From: Thainema sp.
Lineage (GTDB): Bacteria; Cyanobacteriota; Cyanobacteriia; Phormidesmidales; Phormidesmidaceae
NCBI GenBank assembly: GCA_052168235.1
Contig: JBQLZK010000005.1
Coordinates: forward strand, 64,001-128,000
Reading direction: 5' to 3'
DNA: 64,000 nt
The translations under genes and the position numbers were made by a program. The notes under the pieces are model-generated. The model had not been told where the DNA came from. It saw nothing but the letters and a program-made list of their open reading frames with translations, and did not search any database. Below, piece by piece: positions 51,369 to 61,640 of this stretch; position 1 is the stretch's first letter; the number at the start of each line of letters is the position of its first letter.

Positions 51369-52346
51369 ATGCCAAATATAAATGCCATTCGGTTTGAGCA
51401 GGTGACGCTACAGTTTCCGTCAGCATCTCAGCCTGCGGTCAAGAACTGCACAATTGATGTGGCAAAGGGGCAACTCGTTGTTGTTTTGGGGCCGTCGGGC
51501 TGCGGTAAAACTACGCTGCTCAAAATGGTTAATCGCCTCTACGAGCCAACTGAAGGTCGCATTTACATTAATGATCAGGATATTCACCAGCAATCAGCAA
51601 CCGCACTACGACGACAAATTGGCTATGTGATCCAGCAATCTGGGCTTTTTCCGCACATGACGGTAGCCCAAAATGTTGCTGTTGTCCCCAAATTGCTCGG
51701 TTGGTCAGGTGTCAAAACTCAGGCACGGGTAGATGAACTGCTGATGCTGGTAGGGTTAGCGCCTAAAATCTATCGCGATCGCTATCCGGCCCAACTTTCG
51801 GGCGGACAACAGCAGCGGGTCGGAATTGCGCGAGCATTGGCTGGTGACCCGGATTTGCTGCTGATGGATGAACCGTTTGGTGCCATTGATGCGATTACCC
51901 GCACCAAGCTACAGGATGAACTGCTCGCGCTTCAGCGTCGGCTGCACAAGACAATTCTGTTTGTGTCGCACGATGTGGAAGAAGCGCTACGCCTCGCAGA
52001 CAACATCTTGATTCTGCGGGCGGGAGAAGTGGTGCAGTACGATACGCCTTTCAAAATTCTGACTCAACCTGCCGATGATTTTGTGCGGCAGCTTGTAGAT
52101 GCGGATGATATGGTGCGGCAGCTTAGCCTGCTACGCGTCGAAACAGCAATGATCAGTAACACTAACTATTCAGCATCTTCAAACCAACCTGCGATCGCAC
52201 AAAATCAAAATTTGCGGGCGGCTCTCTCGTTGATCCTGCGGACGGGCGTTCACCAGTTAACGGTCGTTGATCCGGAGCAGGGATATCCAGTCGGTGTTCT
52301 CACACTTGAACATATCCAAGATTCGGCAGTTAATCACCATAGTTGA
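51369..52346 (+). CDS. osmoprotectant (OpuA/OsmV-like) ABC ATP-binding subunit
   Basis: GPSGCGKT, LSGGQQQRV, LLMDEPFGA, C-terminal CBS-like region. Confidence 0.9.
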   Translation: MPNINAIRFEQVTLQFPSASQPAVKNCTIDVAKGQLVVVLGPSGCGKTTLLKMVNRLYEPTEGRIYINDQDIHQQSATALRRQIGYVIQQSGLFPHMTVAQNVAVVPKLLGWSGVKTQARVDELLMLVGLAPKIYRDRYPAQLSGGQQQRVGIARALAGDPDLLLMDEPFGAIDAITRTKLQDELLALQRRLHKTILFVSHDVEEALRLADNILILRAGEVVQYDTPFKILTQPADDFVRQLVDADDMVRQLSLLRVETAMISNTNYSASSNQPAIAQNQNLRAALSLILRTGVHQLTVVDPEQGYPVGVLTLEHIQDSAVNHHS

Positions 52347-52369
52347 ACGCCCTTTCCATCAGCCTTGCA

Positions 52370-52996
52370 ATGCTTTATCTTCTACAAAATTTTGGCACCA
52401 TTCTGACCCTGACCTGGCAGCATCTCCAAATGACGCTGGTGACGCTGGCAGTTGCGATCGCAGTTGCCGTACCGCTATCGCTGGTGATTGTGCGCTATCG
52501 CTGGCTGGCTGTGCCCGTCCTGGGCCTTTTGGGAACGCTGTATACGATTCCGAGCTTAGCGCTGATTATTTTACTCGTGCCGCTTTTTGGCCTCAATCGG
52601 CTATCAGTGATTATTGCAATGGTGATCTATAGTCAGGTGATTCTCGTCCGCAATTTGACGGTGGGGTTAAACGGTATTTCCACCGCTGTTATGGAAGCGG
52701 CTCGCGGCATGGGAATGAATGGTTGGCAGCGCTGGTGGCAGGTTCAGGTGCCTTTAGTCCTACCTGTTTTTCTGGCCGGAATCCGAATTGCCGCTGTTGT
52801 CAGCGTTGCGATCGCAACAATTGGGGCTAAATTTGGGGCCGGTGGCCTCGGCGTGCTGCTGTTTGAAGGCATCGCCCAAGCAGGTCGCTATGACAAAATC
52901 TGGGCCGGTGCGATCGCAGTTTCCATCCTGGCGTTTGCCCTTAATACCAGCCTGCTAGCCCTAGAACATCGCGTGAATCCAGCCCGAAATACGTAG
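52370..52996 (+). CDS. osmoprotectant ABC permease (OpuB/OsmW-like)
   Basis: YTIPSLAL, EAARGMGM, GAGGLG; alternative TTG start 52343. Confidence 0.9.
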   Translation: MLYLLQNFGTILTLTWQHLQMTLVTLAVAIAVAVPLSLVIVRYRWLAVPVLGLLGTLYTIPSLALIILLVPLFGLNRLSVIIAMVIYSQVILVRNLTVGLNGISTAVMEAARGMGMNGWQRWWQVQVPLVLPVFLAGIRIAAVVSVAIATIGAKFGAGGLGVLLFEGIAQAGRYDKIWAGAIAVSILAFALNTSLLALEHRVNPARNT

Positions 52997-53063
52997 ACAC
53001 GTCTGCATGGCCGCGATTTTATGGAGTTCAATCATCTATGACATTAACCTGCAAATTCGGAAA

Positions 53064-54119
53064 TCAAAGCCGCGCTGCATAGAGCGACGCTCCAATCAGA
53101 CCAACCTGGGGATTCAGTACCACATATACAGAAACCCGCTTGAGTAAATCCGTCATCCGTCCTTTGTGCAAAAACGAAGACAGGAAGGGGCCTTCTTGAA
53201 TGAGCGGCAAATTCTTAGCTGCGATTCCTCCCGCAACGTACAGGCCACCATAGGGCAGCAGCTTCAGCGCTAAATTTCCGGCCTCTGCACCATAGGCGGC
53301 CACAAACAGTTCCATCGTTCGGCGGCAGAGCGGATCGCGATTCTCAACCGCAGCTTTAGAGATCACAGCTCCCGGATCAACACTTTTTTCTGCCAGTCCG
53401 GCTTCCCGTTCCCAGAGGCGAATGGCTTTTGCAATGTCAGTCGATTCGCTCATGTGCTGGCGATCGCGCAAAAACTGATAAATGGCGACAATCCCCTGAC
53501 CAGAGACCACTCGCTCAACGGAAACACGAGTAATTTGATGACGATCCAACAGATAGTCGAGCAACTCAAACTCAACCTGGGAGCGTGGCGCAAAATCAGC
53601 ATGCCCCCCTTCCGAGGGATAGACAAAATAGCGGGACTGCTGCTGAATCAAGAATCCTTGTCCTAAGCCCGTGCCCGCCCCAATAATGGCAATTGGTGCA
53701 TCGGTTTTAATCACTCCAGTCTGCAAAGTGTACAGATCCTGGCTCGTTAAGCCCAATACGCCGTAGCCAACCGCCTCAAAATCGTTGATCAACTGCACCT
53801 GATTCAAGTTCAATTCCTTAGTCAGTCGGTCTGCCGATAGTGACCAGGATAGATTGGTCAAGGCTGACGTATTGTTCACCACTGGGCCTGCGATCGCAAA
53901 ACAGGCCGCCTGCGGCTGTGGAGTTTGGCCCAACTGATTTGCCGCGCTTTGCAGAAAAATCTGCACCATTGGCACAAGATCAGGAAATTCTCGGCTAACA
54001 TACTGCTGCTCATAAAGCGCCTGCTGTTCGAATCCAGCTTTATTCTGCGCTGGCATCGACTCCACGAGTCGAAGAATGGTCTTTGTGCCACCAATATCAC
54101 CTGCAATCTGTTGGGCCAT
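53064..54119 (-). CDS. glk: glucokinase
   Basis: GDIGGTKT, INDFEA, GAGTGLG, SEGGH, ERVVSG. Confidence 0.95.
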   Translation of the reverse strand: MAQQIAGDIGGTKTILRLVESMPAQNKAGFEQQALYEQQYVSREFPDLVPMVQIFLQSAANQLGQTPQPQAACFAIAGPVVNNTSALTNLSWSLSADRLTKELNLNQVQLINDFEAVGYGVLGLTSQDLYTLQTGVIKTDAPIAIIGAGTGLGQGFLIQQQSRYFVYPSEGGHADFAPRSQVEFELLDYLLDRHQITRVSVERVVSGQGIVAIYQFLRDRQHMSESTDIAKAIRLWEREAGLAEKSVDPGAVISKAAVENRDPLCRRTMELFVAAYGAEAGNLALKLLPYGGLYVAGGIAAKNLPLIQEGPFLSSFLHKGRMTDLLKRVSVYVVLNPQVGLIGASLYAARL

Positions 54120-54337
54120 GAATCTTCATTAATCAAGTTCTGCTTGTTATCAGGATACCTTTGCGCTCCGTAATCTACGCCGAATCTCTTCCCGATGAAG
54201 GAGTAGCGTAATTTGGTCTGATCAGCAAAACCCATAATTTAGTCTGTTTACGTGAGGCGCTTGACCTGCGGTGAAAGACTAAATTATGGGTTTTTCAGGT
54301 TGACGCACTGGGATCCGGCTGCAGCTTTAGCTCCGGT

Positions 54338-54640
54338 CTATGAGTCAGAAGACTCGCGGCGCTGGTTATCTGGAGCATCATACAGCGCATCAAGCTGGTT
54401 ACGGGCATCTTCCAACGTCATAGACTTCATCACCAGCAGAGGTTCACGAATCACCGAGCCAGCATCATCTAGCATTTCTGGATGGGTCACGGTTGGCGAT
54501 GCCTTACGTCGTTTGGGAGCAGCCCAATCCGATGCCGGTCGATTGACATCAGAACTAAACATCAGCAGATTGCGAATCAAATTACCAACGGCCAGAAACG
54601 CAAGTACTGTAAAAGCCAAAATATAGAGGAGCTGTAACAT
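54338..54640 (-). CDS. DUF2973 family protein
   Basis: MLQLLYILAFT N-terminus, HPEMLD..G, DAR..LDALY; paired with DUF2605. Confidence 0.8.
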   Translation of the reverse strand: MLQLLYILAFTVLAFLAVGNLIRNLLMFSSDVNRPASDWAAPKRRKASPTVTHPEMLDDAGSVIREPLLVMKSMTLEDARNQLDALYDAPDNQRRESSDS

Positions 54641-54903
54641 GGTTCTTTACTTGAGGAATGTGATGGATTTGGAGCAAGGAGCAGATCAAAATCGAGAGTT
54701 ACACCCAGGAGTAGGCAAGACTTAATCCAATATCACGTTAGTCCCCGACCTCAGTTCGTCTGACTGGTCGGTTCGTCTGACTTGGAATTATTGTCTCACT
54801 GTGTATTACTGTGCGTTTAAATTGCATTTAAATTCTGCATTCAAGTTTTGTCTTATATTAATGTTTCCATTTTCTCAGATTTCTCCCTGAGATCCTAGAC
54901 ATC

Positions 54904-55230
54904 CTAATCCTCAATTCGCCGATTGGCTCGATGGCGCATGGCCACCTGCCAGCATTCTGTCACCAGATGATGCCATGAAAGCAGAACGGACGTATCAACT
55001 CCTGCCTGATTATCCATTAGTTTAACCATAGTCTGCGTCGCACGAACCAGCTCTGCCGCTGACTGCACGCGATGGAGCAAATCTGTTTGTTCTGCATCAG
55101 ACAAAAACTCGATTCGCTCGCTTTCCAGTAGCGATCGCGATCGGCCAAACCAATACGTAAAGTCGTCGAGCAGCGGTTCAAGCACGTTTTTTAGCAGTTC
55201 TGAGGATTCAGACGAATTGGAATTGAACAT
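54904..55230 (-). CDS. DUF2605 family protein
   Basis: LEPLLDDF.YWF.RS, WHHLVTECWQV; ATG at 55230. Confidence 0.8.
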   Translation of the reverse strand: MFNSNSSESSELLKNVLEPLLDDFTYWFGRSRSLLESERIEFLSDAEQTDLLHRVQSAAELVRATQTMVKLMDNQAGVDTSVLLSWHHLVTECWQVAMRHRANRRIED

Positions 55231-55534
55231 AATTAACTTTGGATGATTATCTCTGACAAACAGGAGCAAAACTGAGCAATATCTTATCTATTGTTTATAT
55301 TTCTTAACGTTAGTCTAGTTGTTTTTTATCAAACTTGCGACCGGCGTTGCATCGCCCGGCAGACTGAACAGAGGAAACTCGCTCGAGTCACTTTCCCCCG
55401 ATGCTCTTACCGCTATCGCTATCGCCTTTTTGCTGAAAGAGTTGTTGAGATAGTTACAGTTACACCATCAACCGTTCAATTAATTGAACGGTTGATGGAT
55501 TTCCCAATGTCCTAATCCATGCGAGTTGGGTGCT

Positions 55535-55783
55535 TCAACTGAGTGGCGACTGTTCTTGTTCAGAAAGTGATTGCCAACCCGCCTGCCACAGTCGTCGATT
55601 CTTTAAAAGGCTGGCATTAATCCAAAAGCGCACCTCTGGATCACAGGCCGCCACTAGTTCCGCAAAAACCCATTTCCCCTGATTTTTACGGTTCATCACC
55701 TGAAAATGACGCCAGCCCAGCATGGTTTGGCAGGCTGTCCACTTTGAACCAACAAGATGGGGAAATTTCTTCTGCTTCGGCAT
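55535..55783 (-). CDS. TIGR02450 family Trp-rich protein
   Basis: LVGSKWTA, GWRHF.V, L....W..GW. Confidence 0.85.
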   Translation of the reverse strand: MPKQKKFPHLVGSKWTACQTMLGWRHFQVMNRKNQGKWVFAELVAACDPEVRFWINASLLKNRRLWQAGWQSLSEQEQSPLS

Positions 55784-55921
55784 AACAAAAATAGATGGCT
55801 GGGCATACTACGGATGGAGTCTTCCCTTGGATAGATATTCCACCATTTCAAATTGCGATCGCACCACTGCACTGTCGCAACATCGTGTTCCCTGAGTCAA
55901 CTTTGGATCAGATTGAAAGGT

Positions 55922-57820
55922 ATGCCCGCATTTCGAGTGCCAACGTCTCGCCAGTTTTTAGAACAAGCTGCAACGCTCACGGCTTCCATAACAACGTTGC
56001 CCAGACTATTAACAGGAGCTGTGGTTGCGATTTGTATACTGCCTTTTATCCTAAACCAGCTTGGAGTTGATTTCGGCTCAACTTCGCCGAGCGTATCAAA
56101 CGGATCCATTGAGGCATGGCTAGAGCAATCACCAGATCAGGTGATTGAGCAATTGCACAACACGCTATCGGGCAGCTTTATTCATACGATTTTAGAGTGG
56201 AGCGCATTTTGTGCGGCTCTATTCACAGCGACACTCGCCTTTTCTCACTTCAGCATTAAGCGAGACGCAACCACCCCAGTGATTGGGGTGGCGCTGCTAT
56301 GTGCTGGGTTAATGGATGCTTTTCATACGCTAGCAGCGGATCATTTAATTACCGCCGTACCTGACCCCCAGAATCTAATTCCATTCACCTGGGCCATCTG
56401 TCGCATGGCTAACGTCTTGTTGACAATTGCGGGGATTGGTATTTTCCTCATATTCAAACCTGCACGGTGGCAGCGCAGTCTGACGTTTGTATTAATCACC
56501 TGCCTGGGCTTCGGTGCGATCGCATATAGCGTTATCTATTTTTGCGCCACGAGTGAAACTCTACCAACGACGCAATTCCCCAATTCGTTGATTACTCGTC
56601 CTTGGGATGTTGCACCCTTAGTTCTGTTTGCGTTGAGTGGCCTGTTCATTTATCCCCGCTTTTATCGGCAATATCCCAGTCTGTTCTCCCATGCGCTGAT
56701 GATCAGTGCAATCCCCAATGTCGCCACACAGATCTACATGGCATTTGGATCATCCACACTGTTTGACAATGCCTTTAACATCGCCCACTTTTTAAAAATT
56801 TTGGCTTATCTGGTTCCCCTCATGGGCCTAGTGCTGGACTATTCACTGACCCACCAGCAATCCAAACTGATTACCGCTGGACTAGAGCAGGAAATCTATG
56901 AGCGTCAACAGGCCCAGCTTGCGTTGGAACACAGTGAGGCTGAAGCTCAGGAAAAATCACAGCAGCTTGAACAAGCGCTAATAGATTTGCGCCAGGCTCA
57001 AGCCCAACTGATCCACAGCGAAAAAATGTCGAGCTTGGGTCAGCTTGTGGCCGGAATTGCCCATGAAATCAACAATCCGATCAACTTCATCTACGGCAAT
57101 ATTATTCACGCCACCGATTACGCCGATGATCTGTTACGGCTCATGCAGGTGTATCAAGCTGAATATCCTCAGCCCAATGCAAACCTACAGCGACAAATTG
57201 ACAAGGTTGATGTGGAGTTCATTGCCGAAGATTTACCGCGACTGATGGCGTCTATGCGAGTTGGCTCCGATCGAATTCGGCAGATTGTGGTGTCACTCCG
57301 CAACTTTTCGCGGCTGGATGAGGCCGATTTGAAGGCTGTGAATATCCACGATGGGCTGGACAACACGCTGATGGTGCTGAAAAGCCGACTCAAAGCCAAG
57401 CGCGATCGCAGATCCATCCGCGTCATCACCCAATATGACGATCTGCCATCTGTGGAATGTTACCCAGGACAGCTCAATCAGGTGTTTATGAATCTGCTCA
57501 ATAACGCAATCGATGCGCTGCGCAGTTGCCCCCAGTTAGAAGATCCCTGCATCAAAATCCAAACGCGACTGCTACCCGATAATCAGGTGCAGATCTCGAT
57601 TCGCGACAACGGCCCAGGTATTCCCCAAAAGCTGCAAACACGCATCTTTGACCCATTTTTCACAACTAAACCTGTGGGACAGGGAACAGGACTTGGGTTG
57701 GCCGTTAGCTATCAAATTGTGGTTGACAAACACGGTGGATCGTTGATCTGCTGCTCTCAACCGAATGAAGGGGCTGAATTTATTGTGCAGATTCCGTTAG
57801 CGGTCGCTGGGGTAAGGTGA
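55922..57820 (+). CDS. histidine kinase with multi-TM (MASE-type) sensor domain (orphan)
   Basis: About 8 TMs with HTILEW and MDAFHTLA; AHEINNP, NLLNNAIDA, GTGLGL. Confidence 0.9.
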   Translation: MPAFRVPTSRQFLEQAATLTASITTLPRLLTGAVVAICILPFILNQLGVDFGSTSPSVSNGSIEAWLEQSPDQVIEQLHNTLSGSFIHTILEWSAFCAALFTATLAFSHFSIKRDATTPVIGVALLCAGLMDAFHTLAADHLITAVPDPQNLIPFTWAICRMANVLLTIAGIGIFLIFKPARWQRSLTFVLITCLGFGAIAYSVIYFCATSETLPTTQFPNSLITRPWDVAPLVLFALSGLFIYPRFYRQYPSLFSHALMISAIPNVATQIYMAFGSSTLFDNAFNIAHFLKILAYLVPLMGLVLDYSLTHQQSKLITAGLEQEIYERQQAQLALEHSEAEAQEKSQQLEQALIDLRQAQAQLIHSEKMSSLGQLVAGIAHEINNPINFIYGNIIHATDYADDLLRLMQVYQAEYPQPNANLQRQIDKVDVEFIAEDLPRLMASMRVGSDRIRQIVVSLRNFSRLDEADLKAVNIHDGLDNTLMVLKSRLKAKRDRRSIRVITQYDDLPSVECYPGQLNQVFMNLLNNAIDALRSCPQLEDPCIKIQTRLLPDNQVQISIRDNGPGIPQKLQTRIFDPFFTTKPVGQGTGLGLAVSYQIVVDKHGGSLICCSQPNEGAEFIVQIPLAVAGVR

Positions 57821-58074
57821 GGCAAGAGGCGAGAGGCGTAAGAAACAAAGCAAACTTCATGACAATCCGAAATCCAACATCCAACATCTAAAATCCCCCA
57901 CCGTTGGATCAAACTGTTACGAGTTGCTTAAGAGAATCCTTTAATCCGCAAGCATTACAGAGCGCAGGCTGAGAATGGAGCTAGCGATCGCAACTTTCGG
58001 TCTTTGATTAACCTGACCGGAATGAATACGAGACTAAATGTGCGATCGCATTAGCACAGATTCAAGAGGACACG

Positions 58075-58422
58075 ATGAGCGACTTTCAAGATTTTCTACG
58101 GATTAAAACCGCTTACGTTGCTAAGGGTGAATTCAAGCCGGGTAAATTCAACGAAGCTAAGCAGCTTTATGCCGAGGCTGTTTCAACCTATGGTGCCGGA
58201 TTTCAAGGAGCTTATCTCCTACAGGAACCGGGCACCGATCGCGGCATTGCCATAATTCTGTGGGAAAGCGTATCAGATATGGCAGAAAATCAGGACGATG
58301 CCCACGAAGCTGTGTTGCAAAAGATGAATCCCCTATTTGCTGGCAAACCAGAAACGGCGTTTTACGACGTTGTCTGCGATATCCAACCCAATGAAACCCA
58401 TGCTGCCACTGAAGTTCGGTAG
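58075..58422 (+). CDS. antibiotic-biosynthesis-monooxygenase-like (dimeric alpha/beta barrel) protein
   Basis: GF.GAYLL, ILWES pattern; GAGGA RBS. Confidence 0.75.
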   Translation: MSDFQDFLRIKTAYVAKGEFKPGKFNEAKQLYAEAVSTYGAGFQGAYLLQEPGTDRGIAIILWESVSDMAENQDDAHEAVLQKMNPLFAGKPETAFYDVVCDIQPNETHAATEVR

Positions 58423-58542
58423 CAGGAGTGATCAAAGTTGGACGATATGACAGCCGTTTGCAGTTCGCACTCCGGAATGGTCAGCACCTGGGATATCGAC
58501 GGGGAAATATCAAATGGTGTGAGTTGTTGTGAGGAACTAATC

Positions 58543-58707
58543 ATGCTTTGTGACACCTGTACTCGCCAACGTCGCTGCCCACCGTGGCAGCTTGCCCAGC
58601 GCGATCGCAAAATAGCAGCCATGCTTGAGCAACTGAAGCGCTGTGCATTGCGGATTCAAGTTGCATCCCATGTATCTCAACCTTCTCTTCATCCTCCTGC
58701 TCGATGA
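58543..58707 (+). CDS. small Cys-rich protein (54 aa)
   Basis: MLCDTCTRQRRCPPW...LKRC; GAGGA 7 nt before the ATG. Confidence 0.5.
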   Translation: MLCDTCTRQRRCPPWQLAQRDRKIAAMLEQLKRCALRIQVASHVSQPSLHPPAR

Positions 58708-59051
58708 GTAGGCCAAAAGGGTCAAACTTGACTGCGAGGTTGACCAAGGGATAAACATTCAGCTCACTAAAAGCATCCATATGGAGGATGCGAAACAGGG
58801 GATCGGTTTGGGTAGGCTAAGAGCAGTATCGTTAAGCCAAAGGGTCTGAACTCCATATCTGACTCGATTTGAATTTTCTCATCACTCAGGTTCATCTCGC
58901 CTGATTTTATCTGGTGACTTCATGTGGGTGGATGCTGAAATGTTTAATCTCGTGCTAATCTCATGTTAAGAAAGGTAACAATTTTACCAGCAGGACTTGA
59001 TTCCGTTGAGGATACTTGTCCGCAAGTTGTTGTGGTGAGGATCAAACACTC

Positions 59052-59591
59052 GTGACTTTAGCTGTACCATTCACCCAAGTTGCAGAAACTCCGCTGATTG
59101 TCAGCTTCTTCCAGCGGTCAGAAGGGAACTGGCGTTCAGAACGTCGCTATTACACCCTGCCCGATGGCGAAACCAAGGAAATGGTAAGCCACATTACGGT
59201 GGAGTTTTTAGAACAAGGATGTCCTGAACTGCGGCATCTAGCAGAACTTCATGAATTGCAAGACCTCAATGCCATGATCTGCGGCACCAAGGTCAGTTGG
59301 CAAAGTCATGAGTCAGCCACAGGACGCAAAAAGTCCAAAGGCTCAACCCTGTTTGGCGCTTTAGGCGATACGCTCTATCGCGATCGCGGTTTTGCTACCC
59401 TAAAGCCAATCACGGCTCAGTTCTATTTCAATAATCCTGAAACACTCTGTCTCCGCACCGAGTATGACGGCTCGATGTTTGAGGAAGAACTGAAGCTTGT
59501 GGGCAGTCAGTATCGCACCCGCCAAACTATCATTTCCCGCGCGGGTGAACAGCAAATGATTGGTCAATACCTAGAAAAGCGCGTAGTGTAA
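59052..59591 (+). CDS. CpcS/CpeS family phycobiliprotein lyase
   Basis: FFQRSEGNWRSERRYY, LYRDRGF, EEEL...YRTR; GTG start after GAGG. Confidence 0.85.
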   Translation: MTLAVPFTQVAETPLIVSFFQRSEGNWRSERRYYTLPDGETKEMVSHITVEFLEQGCPELRHLAELHELQDLNAMICGTKVSWQSHESATGRKKSKGSTLFGALGDTLYRDRGFATLKPITAQFYFNNPETLCLRTEYDGSMFEEELKLVGSQYRTRQTIISRAGEQQMIGQYLEKRVV

Positions 59592-59596
59592 ATCCA

Positions 59597-59649
59597 ACCC
59601 CAAAAGAGCCGTAGGCCGCCGTAACGGCGGCCTACGGCTCTTTTGGGGT
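59597..59649. terminator. 26-bp perfect inverted repeat
   Basis: accccaaaagagccgtaggccgccgt-a-acggcggcctacggctcttttggggt. Confidence 0.75.
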
Positions 59650-59684
59650 CTCGTACGAAATCTGCTCATAAAAAACCAGTTCTC

Positions 59685-59727
59685 ATTTTGTGCAAAAGTC
59701 AGGCTGTGCCTGACTTTTGCACAAAAT
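59685..59727. terminator. 20-bp perfect inverted repeat
   Basis: attttgtgcaaaagtcaggc-tgt-gcctgacttttgcacaaaat. Confidence 0.7.
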
Positions 59728-59736
59728 AATTCGGCA

Positions 59737-60453
59737 TTACATAGAGCCAGTTGATGAGGCAAATTCAGTCAGCGGTTTCCACATCATTACGGTGTCAAAC
59801 AGCGACCGATAGCCCTCTACATTCGGATGAATTCCATCCTCACACAGCCGCGACTGCCACCAGTCATCTCCCTGACTCAGCCAGTGATCGAAGATATCCA
59901 GGTAGGGAACATGCAATTGGCGACAAATCTGCCGCGACGCTTCCTTATAGCGATACTGATCGCGATGGGAATAGTAAAGACAACCCGCGTAAGGCATCTT
60001 ACGCTCGTCCACAGGCGGCATTCCCACCACCCAAACTGGGCAAAACTGTTTTGCCTGCTCGAGTAAGCGGGACATTTCTTGCTCAAAAACATCCAGCTCG
60101 ATCATTGCCCGACCGTCAGGCCGACTCACGCGCGCCGAATCATTCAGCCCAACGCCCAGTAAAATCCCGTTCGGCAACCGATTGCGTAATTCGCCCCGAC
60201 AGCTAAATTCCGTCTCTAATCGCTGGGCAACCTGCTGCACACCATTACCTCGCACACCCAAGTTATAAACAATCACGCCTGGATCATTGGGGTTTTCAGC
60301 AAACATCCAGTAGCGGCGCAGCCGCTCTACCCAGCCACCGCCTTCCGGATCGCCATAGCCGTAGATCAAACTATCTCCTAAAGCAATCAGTTTGCGCGGA
60401 TGGGCAATCACGGTCGATTGAGATCGCAATGGCACAGGACTGATAAGCGTCAT
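59737..60453 (-). CDS. GDSL/SGNH family lipase/esterase
   Basis: LGDSLIYG, NLGVRG, GLND, DGIHPN. Confidence 0.92.
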   Translation of the reverse strand: MTLISPVPLRSQSTVIAHPRKLIALGDSLIYGYGDPEGGGWVERLRRYWMFAENPNDPGVIVYNLGVRGNGVQQVAQRLETEFSCRGELRNRLPNGILLGVGLNDSARVSRPDGRAMIELDVFEQEMSRLLEQAKQFCPVWVVGMPPVDERKMPYAGCLYYSHRDQYRYKEASRQICRQLHVPYLDIFDHWLSQGDDWWQSRLCEDGIHPNVEGYRSLFDTVMMWKPLTEFASSTGSM

Positions 60454-60642
60454 AAGCGCGAATAATTGATTTCAACGCGACATCAGTTGGCTTGGCTCGA
60501 TTAATCAAACCTACCTAGCCAAGGAGATTAGCATTTCTATGGCTAACTTTGCAATTCTTGATAATCAACTCAATTGAATTTACATCCTAGCCAACCGATG
60601 AACACACTATCAACGGAACACCATCAACCACCAACTATCAAC

Positions 60643-61608
60643 TTATGACTCATGCCGCTCATAGGCCGCCACAATTTTCTGCACTAGCGGATGTCGCACT
60701 ACGTCAGCTTGGTTCAGGTGGCAAAACGCAATTCCCTCAACGTGCTCTAGAATTCGATGCGCTACGGCCAATCCAGACTGTTGATTCAGCGGCAAATCAG
60801 TTTGGGTAACATCCCCTGTCACCACCATCTTGGATTTGAAGCCCAGCCGCGTCAGCACCATCTTCATCTGGGCTGGAGTTGTATTCTGTGCCTCATCCAG
60901 GATGACAAAGGCGTTGTTGAGCGTGCGGCCTCGCATATAGGCCAGCGGCGCAACTTCAATCACGCCCCGCTCCATCAGACTAGGAATTTTGGCCGGATCA
61001 ATCAGCTCATGCAGTGCATCGTAGAGCGGTCGTAGGTAGGGATTAATTTTTTGCTGTAGGTCACCAGGTAAAAAGCCGAGCCGTTCACCCGCTTCAACGG
61101 CAGGCCGAGTCAAAATCAGCCGCTCAAATTCCCCTGCCATCAGCGCTTGCACGGCCACCATTGCCGCCAGAAACGTTTTTCCGGTTCCGGCGGGGCCAAT
61201 GCAAAACGTCATATCGTAGCGACGAATCGATTGCACATAGCGACGCTGACGAAAGGTTTTGGGCCGAATGGTATCGCCACGCCGCGTACGGGCAATGACA
61301 TCTCGCTGTAAATTCTGTAAATCATCTTGCCGCTGGGTATCGAGCGCTTGCTTCGCAGTCAAAATATCAGGACTGCTAACCGTTTGTCCCTGGCCCCAAA
61401 TTTCCTCCAGCGACTGCACCAGCCGACGGCATAAATCAACCTGATTTTCCGTACCGGATATCAAAAGCTCCTGTCCCCTCATGACGGCAGTTGCGCCAGT
61501 CTGATGAGACAAGAGCTTCAGGTTTTCTTCTTGATATCCAGCCAGTGCGATCGCAGATTCTAAACTAGGCAGTTCTAGCGTAGTAGTGATTGTCATGAAA
61601 GACGTCAA
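60643..61608 (-). CDS. phoH: PhoH family ATPase
   Basis: GPAGTGKT, RPAVEAGE.LGFLPGD, YMRGRT, DEAQN, VVRHPLV. Confidence 0.95.
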   Translation of the reverse strand: MTSFMTITTTLELPSLESAIALAGYQEENLKLLSHQTGATAVMRGQELLISGTENQVDLCRRLVQSLEEIWGQGQTVSSPDILTAKQALDTQRQDDLQNLQRDVIARTRRGDTIRPKTFRQRRYVQSIRRYDMTFCIGPAGTGKTFLAAMVAVQALMAGEFERLILTRPAVEAGERLGFLPGDLQQKINPYLRPLYDALHELIDPAKIPSLMERGVIEVAPLAYMRGRTLNNAFVILDEAQNTTPAQMKMVLTRLGFKSKMVVTGDVTQTDLPLNQQSGLAVAHRILEHVEGIAFCHLNQADVVRHPLVQKIVAAYERHES

Positions 61609-61640
61609 GCTTGTTCAAGAACATTTGAACTCATTCTAAT

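Noticed and set aside
57864..57898. Heptamer tandem repeats (also near 32824-32857 and 60615-60641)
   Set aside because: Ordinary degenerate cyanobacterial short tandem repeats
58362..58780. Minus-strand ORFs of 73-86 aa
   Set aside because: No recognisable motif or RBS; the plus-strand Cys-rich ORF is better supported
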